Shown: positions 1 to 10,062, counted from the first letter of the stretch. The stretch: 64,000 nucleotides of DNA from Nitrospirota bacterium (GCA_963818475.1 CAWFSF010000006.1:480001-544000), one strand, 5' to 3'. Numbers and translations are program-made. Notes: a model not told the origin generated them from the letters alone.

Positions 1-1005
1 TGCAATGATAAATGGCGCGATAAAGGTAATCAATACCGCTATGGTTATGGCCATCCAGATCATCAGGTCATACAGGCTCTGGATCCGCTTTTTGTACTCT
101 TCCGCCGATAATTTCCTCGATTTGACAATCTCGGGAAATAGCGAAGCGGTCAAGGCCATGGGGATGAAGTACCACACTTCCACCAGGCGCACTGCAGCGG
201 AAAACTCTCCGACACTCTTGTCCCCGGTCATATGCCCCAGCATGACCTGATCTATCCTCATGTAGATCATGATCACAATGCCTTGCAGGATGAGCGGCCA
301 ACTCTCCCTGAGGAGATAGACTGTTTTTTCTGCGGATACTCGCCATGCGCTAAAGGTGTTGCCGGATCTCAGAAAATAGATGGCCAGGCCGATAGCCCCG
401 GCTAATGCTTCAATCAAGATGGTCAGCGCAAAAGCAACCAAAGGAGCTTTGGCAAGGATCAATGCCACCCTTATCGATGAGGCAACAAGAAAGGCGGCGT
501 TCCGCGCATAGACCGTATATTTTGACCTCAGGTGGGCCTGGAACAGAAAATCAATGGTATCGAGCGCCTGAAACATGGTGCCGCTGGCAACCAACACAAT
601 CATCCAGAGCGAAACAGCATCGTTGGGGCGAATCACCAGGATGGTCACGATCGATGCCGCAATGGTGACCATGCTGCCCAGAAGTTTTAGCCAGGTGGCG
701 CTCCCCAGGGTTTCGTTCGTACAGGAATCGTCGTGGACAATGTCGCGAATTACGATGCTGTCGAGTCCCAGCATGGAAAACGTGCTGAAGATGGCAACTA
801 GCGCCAGAACGAAATTCAAGGCGCCGAAACGTTCCGGCCCCAGATAGCGTGCCAGCCAGACCGTAACAAGTACGCCCAGCCCCATGCGAACAATTTTGTC
901 TGCAAACAGCCAGCCTGTGTTGGCAACAATATTCTGGAGATTCTGCCGTCCTTCCAACCGCCGACGGGCGAAGGCGGGCAGGTATTTGATCCAGATAGGG
1001 TTCAT
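1..1005 (-). CDS. Wzx-type polysaccharide flippase (runs off the window start)
   Basis: Not in the ORF track; I translated it from ATG 1005 as MNPIWIKYLP...NTGWLFADKIVRMGLGVLVTVWLARYLGPERFG...SWPLILQGIVIMIYMRIDQVMLG, an open hydrophobic frame with typical Wzx motifs. Confidence 0.9.
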   Translation of the reverse strand, partial: MNPIWIKYLPAFARRRLEGRQNLQNIVANTGWLFADKIVRMGLGVLVTVWLARYLGPERFGALNFVLALVAIFSTFSMLGLDSIVIRDIVHDDSCTNETLGSATWLKLLGSMVTIAASIVTILVIRPNDAVSLWMIVLVASGTMFQALDTIDFLFQAHLRSKYTVYARNAAFLVASSIRVALILAKAPLVAFALTILIEALAGAIGLAIYFLRSGNTFSAWRVSAEKTVYLLRESWPLILQGIVIMIYMRIDQVMLGHMTGDKSVGEFSAAVRLVEVWYFIPMALTASLFPEIVKSRKLSAEEYKKRIQSLYDLMIWMAITIAVLITFIAPFIIA

Positions 1006-1037
1006 TGTGTCCTTGTTGAAAATATCAAAGTCCCTGT

Positions 1038-1673
1038 CTAATGTTCTTTACTGTCGGCGAGTGGGAATATGGAATGGATATCCTTTTTCCTTACACCGTT
1101 ATTCATCAGTTCCTGATACACCAGATCCTTATTCGCATATGCGGTGACCAAAACACAGTCGTACGGCATTCCGTTGATCACAGAAAACGGGTGCACATCC
1201 AGGCCGCAGAAGTTTCGCCCTGTATCTTTGGTATCTATCACTGCGACAAGTTCAAGCGATGTTTCCTTGAGCGAAATATACGCGATTTCAGCCACCTCAT
1301 CTGCCCCGGCGAAGACGATTCGCTTCATGCCGTTTTTCTGTAAGTCATAAAACAATGTCCTCAGATTTTTCCTTGCTTCACGATAGACGCGCGTGTAATC
1401 ATGGAGCAGATCGTAGGTGAGTCGGGTCTTTTCCGTGAAGCCCTTGGGAGTGAGATAGTAGGCGTACCTCTTGGTCGGGATCGCTTTGACCGTGATGTAT
1501 CCCTTTTTTACGAGGTTCTTGATGTAGGAATTGACCAGTCCGAGGGCGATACCGAGGCGGCTGCTCAAGTCGCGCTGGGTGAGCGAGTCGTCGTTTGCCA
1601 GCTCATGCAGGATCTGGAGCGAACGGTACTGCTCTGTTTCAGGCGAGTGAGAGCGTTCATGATCCATGTTCAT
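1038..1673 (-). CDS. MarR-like winged-helix regulator of polysaccharide loci with C-terminal Rossmann-like domain
   Basis: LTQRDLSSRLGIALGLVNSYIKNLVKKGY...YYLTPKGF HTH; directly upstream of the flippase. Confidence 0.85.
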   Translation of the reverse strand: MNMDHERSHSPETEQYRSLQILHELANDDSLTQRDLSSRLGIALGLVNSYIKNLVKKGYITVKAIPTKRYAYYLTPKGFTEKTRLTYDLLHDYTRVYREARKNLRTLFYDLQKNGMKRIVFAGADEVAEIAYISLKETSLELVAVIDTKDTGRNFCGLDVHPFSVINGMPYDCVLVTAYANKDLVYQELMNNGVRKKDIHSIFPLADSKEH

Positions 1674-1679
1674 GTTTTG

Positions 1680-1709
1680 AACATACCATGTTCGGCAGCG
1701 GACTGTCAA
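1680..1709 (-). promoter_or_regulatory. sigma70-like promoter, probably leaderless
   Basis: TTGACA-N18-TATGTT with extended TG, 6 nt before ATG 1673; no SD. Confidence 0.55.
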
Positions 1710-1850
1710 GCAGTAAGTTGCTGTTTATTTACCCGGAATCTGTTTCAGGTACCATCCGCCGCAGACCTTGATAAACCTTTACACCCTGTCATTCTGATGC
1801 TATGATAACTCAAGTTTAGAACAGGCTTTCTTTTTGGAACAGGAGATGGA

Positions 1851-2813
1851 ATGGAGCCTAAAATATGTCTGGCGCTCGGCGGGGGAGCAGCCCGCGGCCT
1901 GGCGCACCTCGGCGTGCTGAAGGTCTTCGAAGATGCACGCGTGCCGATCCATATGATCACCGGCACGAGCCTCGGGGCGCTCATGGGCGGGCTCTATGCA
2001 GCCCAGCCCGATGCCGAGTACTGGATGGGAAGGGTGGAGCAGTTCCTCCGGAGCTTCAGGTCCCGTAAAACCCGGCTCGAGTTCATCCGCAGGATGGAGG
2101 AGCCGAATAATAACCACGGATTCTTCAACGACATGGCGAACCTGATCCGCAAGGGCTATTTCTGGGGGGTGACCGCCACCAATCCGGCCTTCATTTCGGA
2201 GCAGGAATATGAAGAATTCATGTATCCGCTTATCCCGGATATCTTGATAGAGGAAACGAAGATCCCCTTTGGGTGCGTGGCCACCGACATCCGCAATGCC
2301 AAGCGGATGGTCTATACGAAGGGTTCTCTCCGGAAAACAGTGAGCGCCAGCTGCTCCCTCCCGGGGATCTTCCCGCCGGTGGCGGACGGCGACATGCTGC
2401 TCGTGGACGGCGGGTGGGTGGAGCGCGTGCCCGTGCGCTGCGCCCATGACATGGGGGCCGATGTCGTGATCGCCGTGGACGTGTCGAGCACGGTGGCTCC
2501 GTTTGATAAAAAATTCGGACTGGACGTGGTCCTGCGCGCCGACGCGGTGACCCGGATCTATTTGAACGACATTCTCGTCACGGAAGCCGATGTGGTCATC
2601 CACCCGTCGGTCGGAAAGACCCACTGGGCGGATTTCAGCAGACCACGGGACCTGTTCCGGCAGGGCGAGGTCGCCGCGCTGGCCAAGCTTGTCGAGATCC
2701 GCACCGCGATCCATCGCGCAACACCGCCGCCAGCGCCGCAGCCGACCATTGTCGACCATATCAAATCGATCAAGGATATCATCGTCGACAAAGTGGTTGG
2801 CGTGAAACCGTAG
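1851..2813 (+). CDS. Patatin-like phospholipase
   Basis: GGGAARG, GTSLG nucleophile and DGG motifs. Confidence 0.93.
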   Translation: MEPKICLALGGGAARGLAHLGVLKVFEDARVPIHMITGTSLGALMGGLYAAQPDAEYWMGRVEQFLRSFRSRKTRLEFIRRMEEPNNNHGFFNDMANLIRKGYFWGVTATNPAFISEQEYEEFMYPLIPDILIEETKIPFGCVATDIRNAKRMVYTKGSLRKTVSASCSLPGIFPPVADGDMLLVDGGWVERVPVRCAHDMGADVVIAVDVSSTVAPFDKKFGLDVVLRADAVTRIYLNDILVTEADVVIHPSVGKTHWADFSRPRDLFRQGEVAALAKLVEIRTAIHRATPPPAPQPTIVDHIKSIKDIIVDKVVGVKP

Positions 2814-2839
2814 GGCGTCGGAGCGTTTCCTAATCAACC

Positions 2840-3535
2840 ATGCGAAAACCGCTTGTCATTGCTCATCGCGGCGACTCTTCCCGCGCGCTCGAAAATTCTT
2901 TCGAGGCTTTCCAGCTTGCGCTTGCTCTGCCGGTGGACATGATCGAGTTCGACATCCGGAAGAGCCGGGACAACCAGCTGTATGTCATGCATGACAAGGA
3001 CACGGGAAGAACAGCGGTAAAGAACCTTAATATAGAAGAATCTTTATCGGATGAGATTTCCAAAGTCAAGCTGAAGAACAACGAACCTATTCCCGTACTT
3101 GATGATGTGTTGAACCTGGTGGCCGGCAGGGTGGGTATCAATATCGAGATCAAGAGCGACGGAGCAGGGGCGGTGTTATCCCGACAGCTCTTTCATTACC
3201 GGTATTCAGGCTACATCATGGTTTCCTCCTTTAAGGAAAAGGAGGTTTTGGATGCTCGGGAGGTGATGCTCGATCTTCCCGTATCGGGGATCTTCGACAC
3301 GTTCGTCCCCGCAGAAGTGAGCAAGTATAGGTCCATGGGGTACGGTCATATCAGCCTCAGAAAAAAGACCGTGACCAGGGAGCTCATCAGCGCCTGCCAC
3401 GACCAGAAGATCAAGGTCTATGTCTGGACCGTGGATGAAGAGGAAGAGATCAGGCGTTTCATAGAGTGGGGCGTGGACGGGATGTATAGTAATAAGCCGA
3501 TGGTGTTGAAGAGCGTTGTGGATGCCTTAAACTGA
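2840..3535 (+). CDS. Glycerophosphodiester phosphodiesterase
   Basis: IAHRG, EFDI, MHD, NIEIK and VWTVD motifs. Confidence 0.93.
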   Translation: MRKPLVIAHRGDSSRALENSFEAFQLALALPVDMIEFDIRKSRDNQLYVMHDKDTGRTAVKNLNIEESLSDEISKVKLKNNEPIPVLDDVLNLVAGRVGINIEIKSDGAGAVLSRQLFHYRYSGYIMVSSFKEKEVLDAREVMLDLPVSGIFDTFVPAEVSKYRSMGYGHISLRKKTVTRELISACHDQKIKVYVWTVDEEEEIRRFIEWGVDGMYSNKPMVLKSVVDALN

Positions 3536-3564
3536 TGTTTGGCGAGATAAGCGCTGTTTTATAG

Positions 3565-5172
3565 ATGACAAATACAAACAACACGAATTCGGATTTCCTC
3601 TACGACCTCATCGTCATTGGCGGCGGCATCACCGGGGCCGGTGTGGCGCGGGACGCGGCGCTGCGGGGGCTGTCGTGTCTGCTGCTTGAAAAGGGAGACT
3701 TTGCCTCAGGTGTCACGTCCAAATCCACGCGACTCGTCCACGGGGGACTGCGGTACCTTGCAAACTTCGAGGTCGATCTCGTAGCTGAATCACTTCGAGA
3801 ACGGGCCATCTTGCGGCAGCAGGCTCCGTATCTTATACACCCCATGCCGATCCTTATTCCTATCTATAAGGAAGACCCGCACGGCAGGGCGGTCATGTCT
3901 ATCGGTATTCACCTCTACGACCTCCTGTCCCATGAAAAGGACATCCCGCATTATTTTACGTCCAATAGAGAGAAGACGCTCGGGTTTGCGCCGCATCTGA
4001 ACAAGGAAGGTCTTACGGGCAGCGCGTTGTTCTACGACCATCAGATCATGATGCCCGAGCGGCTCGTGGTGGAGAATATCATCTCTGCACGCAGGGCCGG
4101 AGCTGTTCTGCTGAACTATCACCGCGTCGAAAAAATTGAGGAACAGTGCAGTATTACCGTGACTGCCAGGGATGTTCTTTCGGGCGGCACGAAGTCCTTC
4201 CGTTCAAAAGCGCTGGTGAACGCGTCGGGACCCTGGATCGATACGGTCCGGCGCGCTGGCAACATCAACGAGAGAACGATCATCCATCCGACCAAGGGCA
4301 TCCACCTGGTGCTGCCCAAACTGTCCGATCAGGCGTTGTTCGTGACCTCGCGCGACAACAGAATGTTCTTCATCATCCCGCTCGGCGCCTACTCGCTCAT
4401 CGGCACTACGGACACGGAATACCGGGGAGACCTCGATGACGTGCATGCGCAGAAGGATGATATCGATTACCTCCTGACCGAAAGCAGGCGGATTCTTCCG
4501 GGAATGAACCTCGCGAAGGAGTCCATTCTCTATACCTATGCGGGCATCCGGCCGCTTGCATTCTCAGGCACGAGCGAGTCGAAGATATCGCGCAAGCACC
4601 GGGTGGTCAAAGAAGGACGGACAGGCAGGATCATCACCATTGCCGGCGGCAAGCTCACGACCTACCGCAATATGGCGAAAGACACTGTGAATGCCGTTTG
4701 CAAAGTTCTTGGCCGGACTGCCGAATGCGTGACCGATAAACAGCCGCTGCCGGGCGGGCTTCCGGTCTCCTATGAGGAATATATGCGGGAAGCGCTTCCC
4801 GAGCTATCTTCCCGCTATGCCATGCCAACCGAGACCGTGCGGCATCTGATATCGTTCTACGGAGCAAGGGCCGAGGATGTGCTCGAACTGGCACGGAAGG
4901 AGCCGTCTTTGCGTGCGTCGATCTCTCCGGACAGCCGCGATCTCTATGCGCAGGTCCTGTTCAGTGTGAGGGAAGAGGGTGCGAAGACGCTTTCGGACAT
5001 CGTGCTTCGGAGGATGCACCTCGGCATCTCGGCCGGCCGTGGCGATCAGCAGGCAGAGAAGATCGCTGCCCTGGCCGGCAAAGAACTCGGCTGGAGCAGT
5101 GATGAGATAAAACGTCGGGTAGAAGAGTTCAGAGCAGATCTCGAAAAGGACAGGTTCTGCCTGAAATGTTGA
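3565..5172 (+). CDS. glpD: FAD-dependent glycerol-3-phosphate dehydrogenase
   Basis: GGGITGAG, SKSTRLVHGGLRYL, GGKLTTYR. Confidence 0.93.
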   Translation: MTNTNNTNSDFLYDLIVIGGGITGAGVARDAALRGLSCLLLEKGDFASGVTSKSTRLVHGGLRYLANFEVDLVAESLRERAILRQQAPYLIHPMPILIPIYKEDPHGRAVMSIGIHLYDLLSHEKDIPHYFTSNREKTLGFAPHLNKEGLTGSALFYDHQIMMPERLVVENIISARRAGAVLLNYHRVEKIEEQCSITVTARDVLSGGTKSFRSKALVNASGPWIDTVRRAGNINERTIIHPTKGIHLVLPKLSDQALFVTSRDNRMFFIIPLGAYSLIGTTDTEYRGDLDDVHAQKDDIDYLLTESRRILPGMNLAKESILYTYAGIRPLAFSGTSESKISRKHRVVKEGRTGRIITIAGGKLTTYRNMAKDTVNAVCKVLGRTAECVTDKQPLPGGLPVSYEEYMREALPELSSRYAMPTETVRHLISFYGARAEDVLELARKEPSLRASISPDSRDLYAQVLFSVREEGAKTLSDIVLRRMHLGISAGRGDQQAEKIAALAGKELGWSSDEIKRRVEEFRADLEKDRFCLKC

Positions 5173-5227
5173 ACAGGGATTGCATGGACGGGTTTTAAAC
5201 CCGCCCTTACCTATAAGTGAGGTCGTC

Positions 5228-5683
5228 ATGATGAACTGGGCACATGTACATCTTATGATCAATCATTTTCCCGTGATCGGTGTTCTGGGCGCGTTTCTGG
5301 TGTTCGGCTATGGCCTGGTGCGCAAGAGCGACGAGGTGAAGCTCCTGGGCCTCGGATTGTTCGTCCTGATCGCGCTCATCACCATTCCGGTGTTCCTCAC
5401 GGGAGGCGCCGCGGAAAAGGTCGTAAAAGACCTGAACCTGCCGGGCGTGACCGAGTCCTCTATCGGCACGCATGAAGAGATCGCATCACTGGCGCTGGCG
5501 CTGATAGAACTGCTTGGGGCGGTTGCTTTGGGAGGTCTGTTCCTTTTTCGCAAGTCCGGCTCGCTTCCTCAGTGGTATATAGCGCTGGTTCTTGCCATCG
5601 CAGTGGCCTCAGCAGGGATCGTGGGTCTCACGGCGAACTTTGGAGGGCAGATCAGGCATACGGAGATCAGGGAGCCGCGGTGA
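5228..5683 (+). CDS. Four-TM membrane protein with conserved His (DUF2231-like)
   Basis: HLMINHFP, THEE and GGQIRH motifs; four hydrophobic segments. Confidence 0.7.
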   Translation: MMNWAHVHLMINHFPVIGVLGAFLVFGYGLVRKSDEVKLLGLGLFVLIALITIPVFLTGGAAEKVVKDLNLPGVTESSIGTHEEIASLALALIELLGAVALGGLFLFRKSGSLPQWYIALVLAIAVASAGIVGLTANFGGQIRHTEIREPR

Positions 5684-5686
5684 GGC

Positions 5687-5718
5687 AATGCGGAACGTGG
5701 AGTGCGGAATGCGGAATT
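5687..5718. repeat. Heptamer (ATGCGGA-like) tandem repeat
   Basis: aatgcggaacgtggagtgcggaatgcggaatt. Confidence 0.7.
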
Positions 5719-5738
5719 AAGTCCGAAGGGGAGGTTGT

Positions 5739-6638
5739 ATGGCGCAGTTGATGAAAGGCATTGAGCTCTCTTCAAAGATCCTGGCCGCGGTCAAGGAGGA
5801 AACGGGCAGACTGGCGAAACACGGCATCCGCCCAGGCCTGGCACTGGTTCTCGTGGGCGAGGACAAGTCTTCCTATATGTACTACCAGGCCATCCAGAGC
5901 TCTGCCGCCAGGGCGGGCATCGATATCTTTAACCATACGCTGCCTGCCACGGTATCGTTGAACGAGATCCTGAACGTGATCAAAACGCTGAACAACGACG
6001 AACGTGCCAACGGGATCCTCGTGTTCATGCCGCTGCCGCGCCATATCGATACGCGGAAAGTCGTGAATGCGATCGTGCCGGAAAAGGACGTCGACGGGCA
6101 GGGCGCCATCTCCGTGGGCAGGCTTTCCGCTGATGAGTCAACGTCGCAGCTCTTTGAGCCCGGCTTCACCTTGTCGGTGAGGTCGACCTTTCTTCCCTGT
6201 ACGCCCTACGGGGTGATGCGGATGCTGGAGCATTACGGCGTCGAGCCCAGGGGAAAAAAGGTCGTGATCGTTGGCAAAAGCCTTGCGGTAGGTAAACCGC
6301 TTGCCATGATGATGCTGGTCAAGGAAGCAACGGTCACTATCTGTCATCGCGAGACGAAGGACCTGGGTCTGGAGACCCGGCAGGCTGATATCCTCTGCAG
6401 CGCAACAGGACGGGCCGGGCTGATCAAGACCGACATGGTGAAGGAAGGGGCGGTGGTCGTGGATATCGGCATCAACGTGTTGGACGACGGTACGACCGTC
6501 GGTGATGTAGATTTCGATCCTGTCTCAAAGAAGGCTGCACTCATTACGCCGGTGCCCGGCGGAGTGGGGCCGGTAACGATCGCGATCCTTCTGAAGAACA
6601 CGGTGATCTCTGCCAAGCGGATGGTGGGGGTGGGATAG
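5739..6638 (+). CDS. folD: Methylene-THF dehydrogenase (FolD family, cyclohydrolase residues altered)
   Basis: KDVDG, PCTP, VGKP, GDVDF, TPVPGGVGP. Confidence 0.92.
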   Translation: MAQLMKGIELSSKILAAVKEETGRLAKHGIRPGLALVLVGEDKSSYMYYQAIQSSAARAGIDIFNHTLPATVSLNEILNVIKTLNNDERANGILVFMPLPRHIDTRKVVNAIVPEKDVDGQGAISVGRLSADESTSQLFEPGFTLSVRSTFLPCTPYGVMRMLEHYGVEPRGKKVVIVGKSLAVGKPLAMMMLVKEATVTICHRETKDLGLETRQADILCSATGRAGLIKTDMVKEGAVVVDIGINVLDDGTTVGDVDFDPVSKKAALITPVPGGVGPVTIAILLKNTVISAKRMVGVG

Positions 6639-6653
6639 TCAAAAAAGTAGTTT

Positions 6654-6805
6654 GGCCGCAGATGAACGCAGATTCTCGCAGATAAAACCAAACACTTTGG
6701 TGAAGCGAATCTGCAGCAAAGTATGGTCTTCTTTGGAATTAAAAGAATTTTTCTTTTTTGACTTTACCTGCAGTTATCCGCGTTCATCCGGTTTTATCTG
6801 CGTCC
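6654..6805. repeat. Palindromic element with 9-mer repeats in its arms
   Basis: ggccgcagatgaacgcagat...gcagataaaacc pairs with atccgcgttcatccggttttatctgcgtcc. Confidence 0.75.
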
Positions 6806-6833
6806 GAACTGCCGTGTTTGGCGTGCTGACAAT

Positions 6834-6873
6834 AAAAAATCCCTGACCAGTTTTTTGGCCAGGGACTTTTTTT
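6834..6873. terminator. Bidirectional intrinsic terminator
   Basis: A-run, tccctgacc / ggccaggga stem, T7 run. Confidence 0.8.
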
Positions 6874-7050
6874 GAGAATACGAAGCAGGCGGAGGCTATT
6901 TTGGCGCGACCCTCAGTTTAAGCGTACGCCAGCGTCTTCGATGGCGGCATCGCGGGCAATGCACACTGCGTTTTGCCGCAGTGTTGCCACGCCTTCCGCG
7001 GAGACGTACGTTCACCTTGCCGTTCCTTGCGAAGGAGGCAAGTACAAATT
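6874..7050 (+). ncRNA. Candidate structured RNA or leader upstream of pdxJ (unassigned)
   Basis: Long imperfect hairpin 6921-7012 plus hairpin 7016-7042; GU wobbles favour the + strand. Confidence 0.35.
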
Positions 7051-7112
7051 TCTGGATATTTTACAGGAGAGATGCTAATATCTAAAAAACACCAATGAGG
7101 AGGAAACGAGCT

Positions 7113-7832
7113 TTGCCAAGGCTTTCTGTGAACGTTGACCATATTGCCACGCTGCGCCAGGCGCGGCGGGGAACGGAGCCGGATCCCGTGGCTGCGGCAG
7201 TGCTTGCCGATCTTGCCGGCGCCGAAGGGATCATCGTTCATCTGCGCGAGGACCGGCGGCATATCCAGGACCGCGATCTGCGGCTGCTGCGCCAGACCGT
7301 GCAGACCAAGCTCAACCTCGAGATGGCCGCCACGGACGAGATGCAGCGCATTGCGCTGGAGGTAAAGCCCGATATCACGACGCTGGTGCCGGAGAAGCGG
7401 GAAGAACTGACCACCGAGGGAGGCCTCGAGGTCGCATCCCGTATCGCTTTTTTTGCCGAGTATATCGGTCGCATCAAACAGGGCACTATCAGCGTCAGCC
7501 TTTTTGTGGACCCTGATGAGGGCCAGATCGCTGCATCAAAGAAAGCCGGCGCGGACTGGGTAGAGGTCCATACCGGCGCCTATGCGAATGCGAGGACCGA
7601 CCGGGACCGCGCGCGCGAGTTCGACAAGATCGTTGAGGCTGCGAAGCTCGCTGCGAGCCTGGGTTTGCGCGTGGGTGCGGGACACGGCCTCAACTATGTG
7701 AACGTGAAGCCAATCGCCCGGATTCCCGAAGTTGAGGAACTGAACATCGGTCACAGCATCATTTCGCGCGCGTCGCTGGTAGGGCTTGAGCGCGCGGTCC
7801 GGGAGATGATCGCTCTCATAAGAGCCAAATAA
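7113..7832 (+). CDS. pdxJ: Pyridoxine 5'-phosphate synthase
   Basis: [32 protein letters not shown]; TTG start after GAGGAGG. Confidence 0.96.
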   Translation: MPRLSVNVDHIATLRQARRGTEPDPVAAAVLADLAGAEGIIVHLREDRRHIQDRDLRLLRQTVQTKLNLEMAATDEMQRIALEVKPDITTLVPEKREELTTEGGLEVASRIAFFAEYIGRIKQGTISVSLFVDPDEGQIAASKKAGADWVEVHTGAYANARTDRDRAREFDKIVEAAKLAASLGLRVGAGHGLNYVNVKPIARIPEVEELNIGHSIISRASLVGLERAVREMIALIRAK

Positions 7833-7950
7833 CAAGCACCAAGCACCAAACAACAAATGAATTCCAAGCAGCAAATTCTAAAACGTTGGGGATATTATTG
7901 ATTTGAAAATTGGAGCTTATTTGGAATTTGTTTTTTGAAATTTGAGTTTT
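7833..7950. repeat. AT-rich palindromic heptamer element
   Basis: caagcaccaagcaccaaac...ttccaa / ttggagcttatttggaatttg...gaaatttg. Confidence 0.7.
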
Positions 7951-7970
7951 GCTTTCACCGTGGGGGGGAC

Positions 7971-8375
7971 ATGATCGTTGGAATCGGGGTAGATCTCGTT
8001 AAGATCGATCGCATTGACAAGGCGGGGAAAAACCACCCCGGTTTTTTGGAGCGGGTTTTCACCGACCGTGAACAGGAGTACTGCTCGAAGCAGAAATTCC
8101 CGGCCCAGCATTATGCCGGCAGGTTTGCGGCCAAGGAAGCGGTGCTCAAGGCCATCGGCACCGGCTGGAGCGCGGGCGTGAAATGGACCGATATGGAAGT
8201 GCTCCACGGCGAGGGCGGCGGCCCCATTGTCAACATCGCCGGTCGGGTCAAGGACCTGATGGACCTCAAGGGCGTGAAGCAGATATTTCTCAGCTATTCT
8301 CACGACGAAGGATATGCAGTGGCGCAGGTGGTGCTCGTCGGGAGTGTCGGACATTCACAAGGCGAGCGCAACTAG
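7971..8375 (+). CDS. acpS: Holo-ACP synthase
   Basis: GIGVDLV, RFAAKEA, SYSHD. Confidence 0.95.
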   Translation: MIVGIGVDLVKIDRIDKAGKNHPGFLERVFTDREQEYCSKQKFPAQHYAGRFAAKEAVLKAIGTGWSAGVKWTDMEVLHGEGGGPIVNIAGRVKDLMDLKGVKQIFLSYSHDEGYAVAQVVLVGSVGHSQGERN

Positions 8376-8418
8376 CAGCAACAATGTTTACTCGGCCATC
8401 AACGGATACTGGAAAATC

Positions 8419-9978
8419 ATGAAGATCGTCACCGCACAACAGATCAGGAACATTGACCGCAGGGCGATCAAAGACTTCGGCATCTCGGGGCCGGTCCTGA
8501 TGGAGAACGCAGCAGCCGGGGTCATGGCCGAAATGGAGCGTTTCTTCGACGGCCTGGCAGGCATGCGCGTGGGCATCATCTGCGGCAAGGGCAATAACGG
8601 CGGCGACGGCCTGTCGCTGGCCCGCCGGCTCAGCATCCGCGGCATCGCTGTGCGCGTCGTGCTGCTCGCGTCCTTCGGCGCCCTGAAAGGTGAGGCCAAG
8701 GCCAATCTTTTCACGCTGCGCAAGATGGACGTTGAGATCGCGCAGAACGCATCGGTCAGGGTCATTGCCGATGTGGTGGCATGGTCCGATATCGTTGTCG
8801 ATGCCATGCTCGGCGTGGGGCTTTCGAGCCCGCTTAAGGGTGCCTATGCCTTTGCCGCGGAACTGATGAACGCGTCCGGCAAGCCCGTGGTCGCAATCGA
8901 TATCCCCACCGGCATCAATGCTGATACAGGCGAGGTCATGGACACAGCGGTCAGTGCCGACCTGACAGTCACGATGGCGGCGCTCAAACGCGGACTGGTA
9001 GTATATCCCGGCGCAAACTATGCCGGCGAGGTCCGGGTTGTGGATATCGGCATTCCAACTGAGGCCATTGATAAGGAGAAGATCACCGCCGGCTTCCTGA
9101 CCTCGGGAGCAGCAGGCGGGCTTCTTCACCAGAGAGACCGTGATGCGCACAAGGGCGCTTTCGGCCATCTTCTGGTCGTAGCCGGATCGCCGGGCAAGAC
9201 CGGCGCAGCCATCATGGCGGCGCGCGGCGCGCTCAGGGCCGGAGCAGGGCTGGTCAGCGTGGCAACGCCGCACAGCCTTGTGCCGATCGTCCAGTCCCAG
9301 ATCGTCGAGTCCATGTGCGTTCCCTCGGCAGAGAGCATTGAAGGCACGCTCGGGATCGGGTCTGATGTGGAACTGCTCAAAGGCGCGGGCAGCATGAACG
9401 CCTGCATCATCGGCCCCGGCCTTTCGACCCATTATGAAACAATTCAGGTCGTACGGAACCTTATTCAACGACTGACGATACCCATGGTCGTCGACGCCGA
9501 TGGAGTGAACGCTCTTGTCGGCTCCCTGGACGTGCTGAAGAAGGTGAAGGCGCCGGTCGTCATGACGCCTCATCCCGGCGAGATGGCCAGGCTCCTTGGC
9601 AGCTCAACCAGCGACGTCCAAAAGGACCGGATCGGTTGTGCAACCGCTTTCGCGGTGAAATATAAGGTAACGCTGGTGCTCAAGGGTGCGGGTACGGTAA
9701 TCGCGACCCCGGACGGCAGGGTGTTCATCAATTCCACGGGCAATCCCGGCATGGCCACCGGCGGCACGGGCGATGTGCTTACCGGGATGATCGGCAGCCT
9801 CCTTGCGCAGGGATATACCGCTTCCCAGGCAGCCTGTCTTGGTGTGTATCTGCACGGTCTTGCCGGCGATCTGGCTGCAAAAGAAAATGGCGAAATGGGC
9901 ATGATCGCCGGGGACCTGATCGAGAAAATACCGGCTGCTATACATACAACCATGCATGTGAACGAAGTGAATAAATGA
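8419..9978 (+). CDS. nnr: Bifunctional NAD(P)HX epimerase/dehydratase
   Basis: LMENAA, GKGNNGGDG, HKG, TPHPGE, ATGGTGDVL. Confidence 0.95.
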   Translation: MKIVTAQQIRNIDRRAIKDFGISGPVLMENAAAGVMAEMERFFDGLAGMRVGIICGKGNNGGDGLSLARRLSIRGIAVRVVLLASFGALKGEAKANLFTLRKMDVEIAQNASVRVIADVVAWSDIVVDAMLGVGLSSPLKGAYAFAAELMNASGKPVVAIDIPTGINADTGEVMDTAVSADLTVTMAALKRGLVVYPGANYAGEVRVVDIGIPTEAIDKEKITAGFLTSGAAGGLLHQRDRDAHKGAFGHLLVVAGSPGKTGAAIMAARGALRAGAGLVSVATPHSLVPIVQSQIVESMCVPSAESIEGTLGIGSDVELLKGAGSMNACIIGPGLSTHYETIQVVRNLIQRLTIPMVVDADGVNALVGSLDVLKKVKAPVVMTPHPGEMARLLGSSTSDVQKDRIGCATAFAVKYKVTLVLKGAGTVIATPDGRVFINSTGNPGMATGGTGDVLTGMIGSLLAQGYTASQAACLGVYLHGLAGDLAAKENGEMGMIAGDLIEKIPAAIHTTMHVNEVNK

Positions 9979-9988
9979 AGAGGAATAA

Positions 9989-10062
9989 AACCGCTAATGA
10001 ACACTAATGAACACGAATTAAGAAGTAAAAATATTAGCGTATATTCGCGTTTATTCGCGGTT
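9989..10062. repeat. Palindromic element with 9-mer repeats
   Basis: aaccgctaatgaacactaatgaacacgaat / attagcgtatattcgcgtttattcgcggtt. Confidence 0.8.

Noticed and set aside
6918-6950. Minus-strand ORF ending ...KTLAYA*, like a tmRNA tag
   Set aside because: No tRNA-like 5' or 3' tmRNA ends nearby
9989-10062. Short repeats considered as CRISPR
   Set aside because: Units are 7-9 nt in inverted arms, with no spacers and no cas genes
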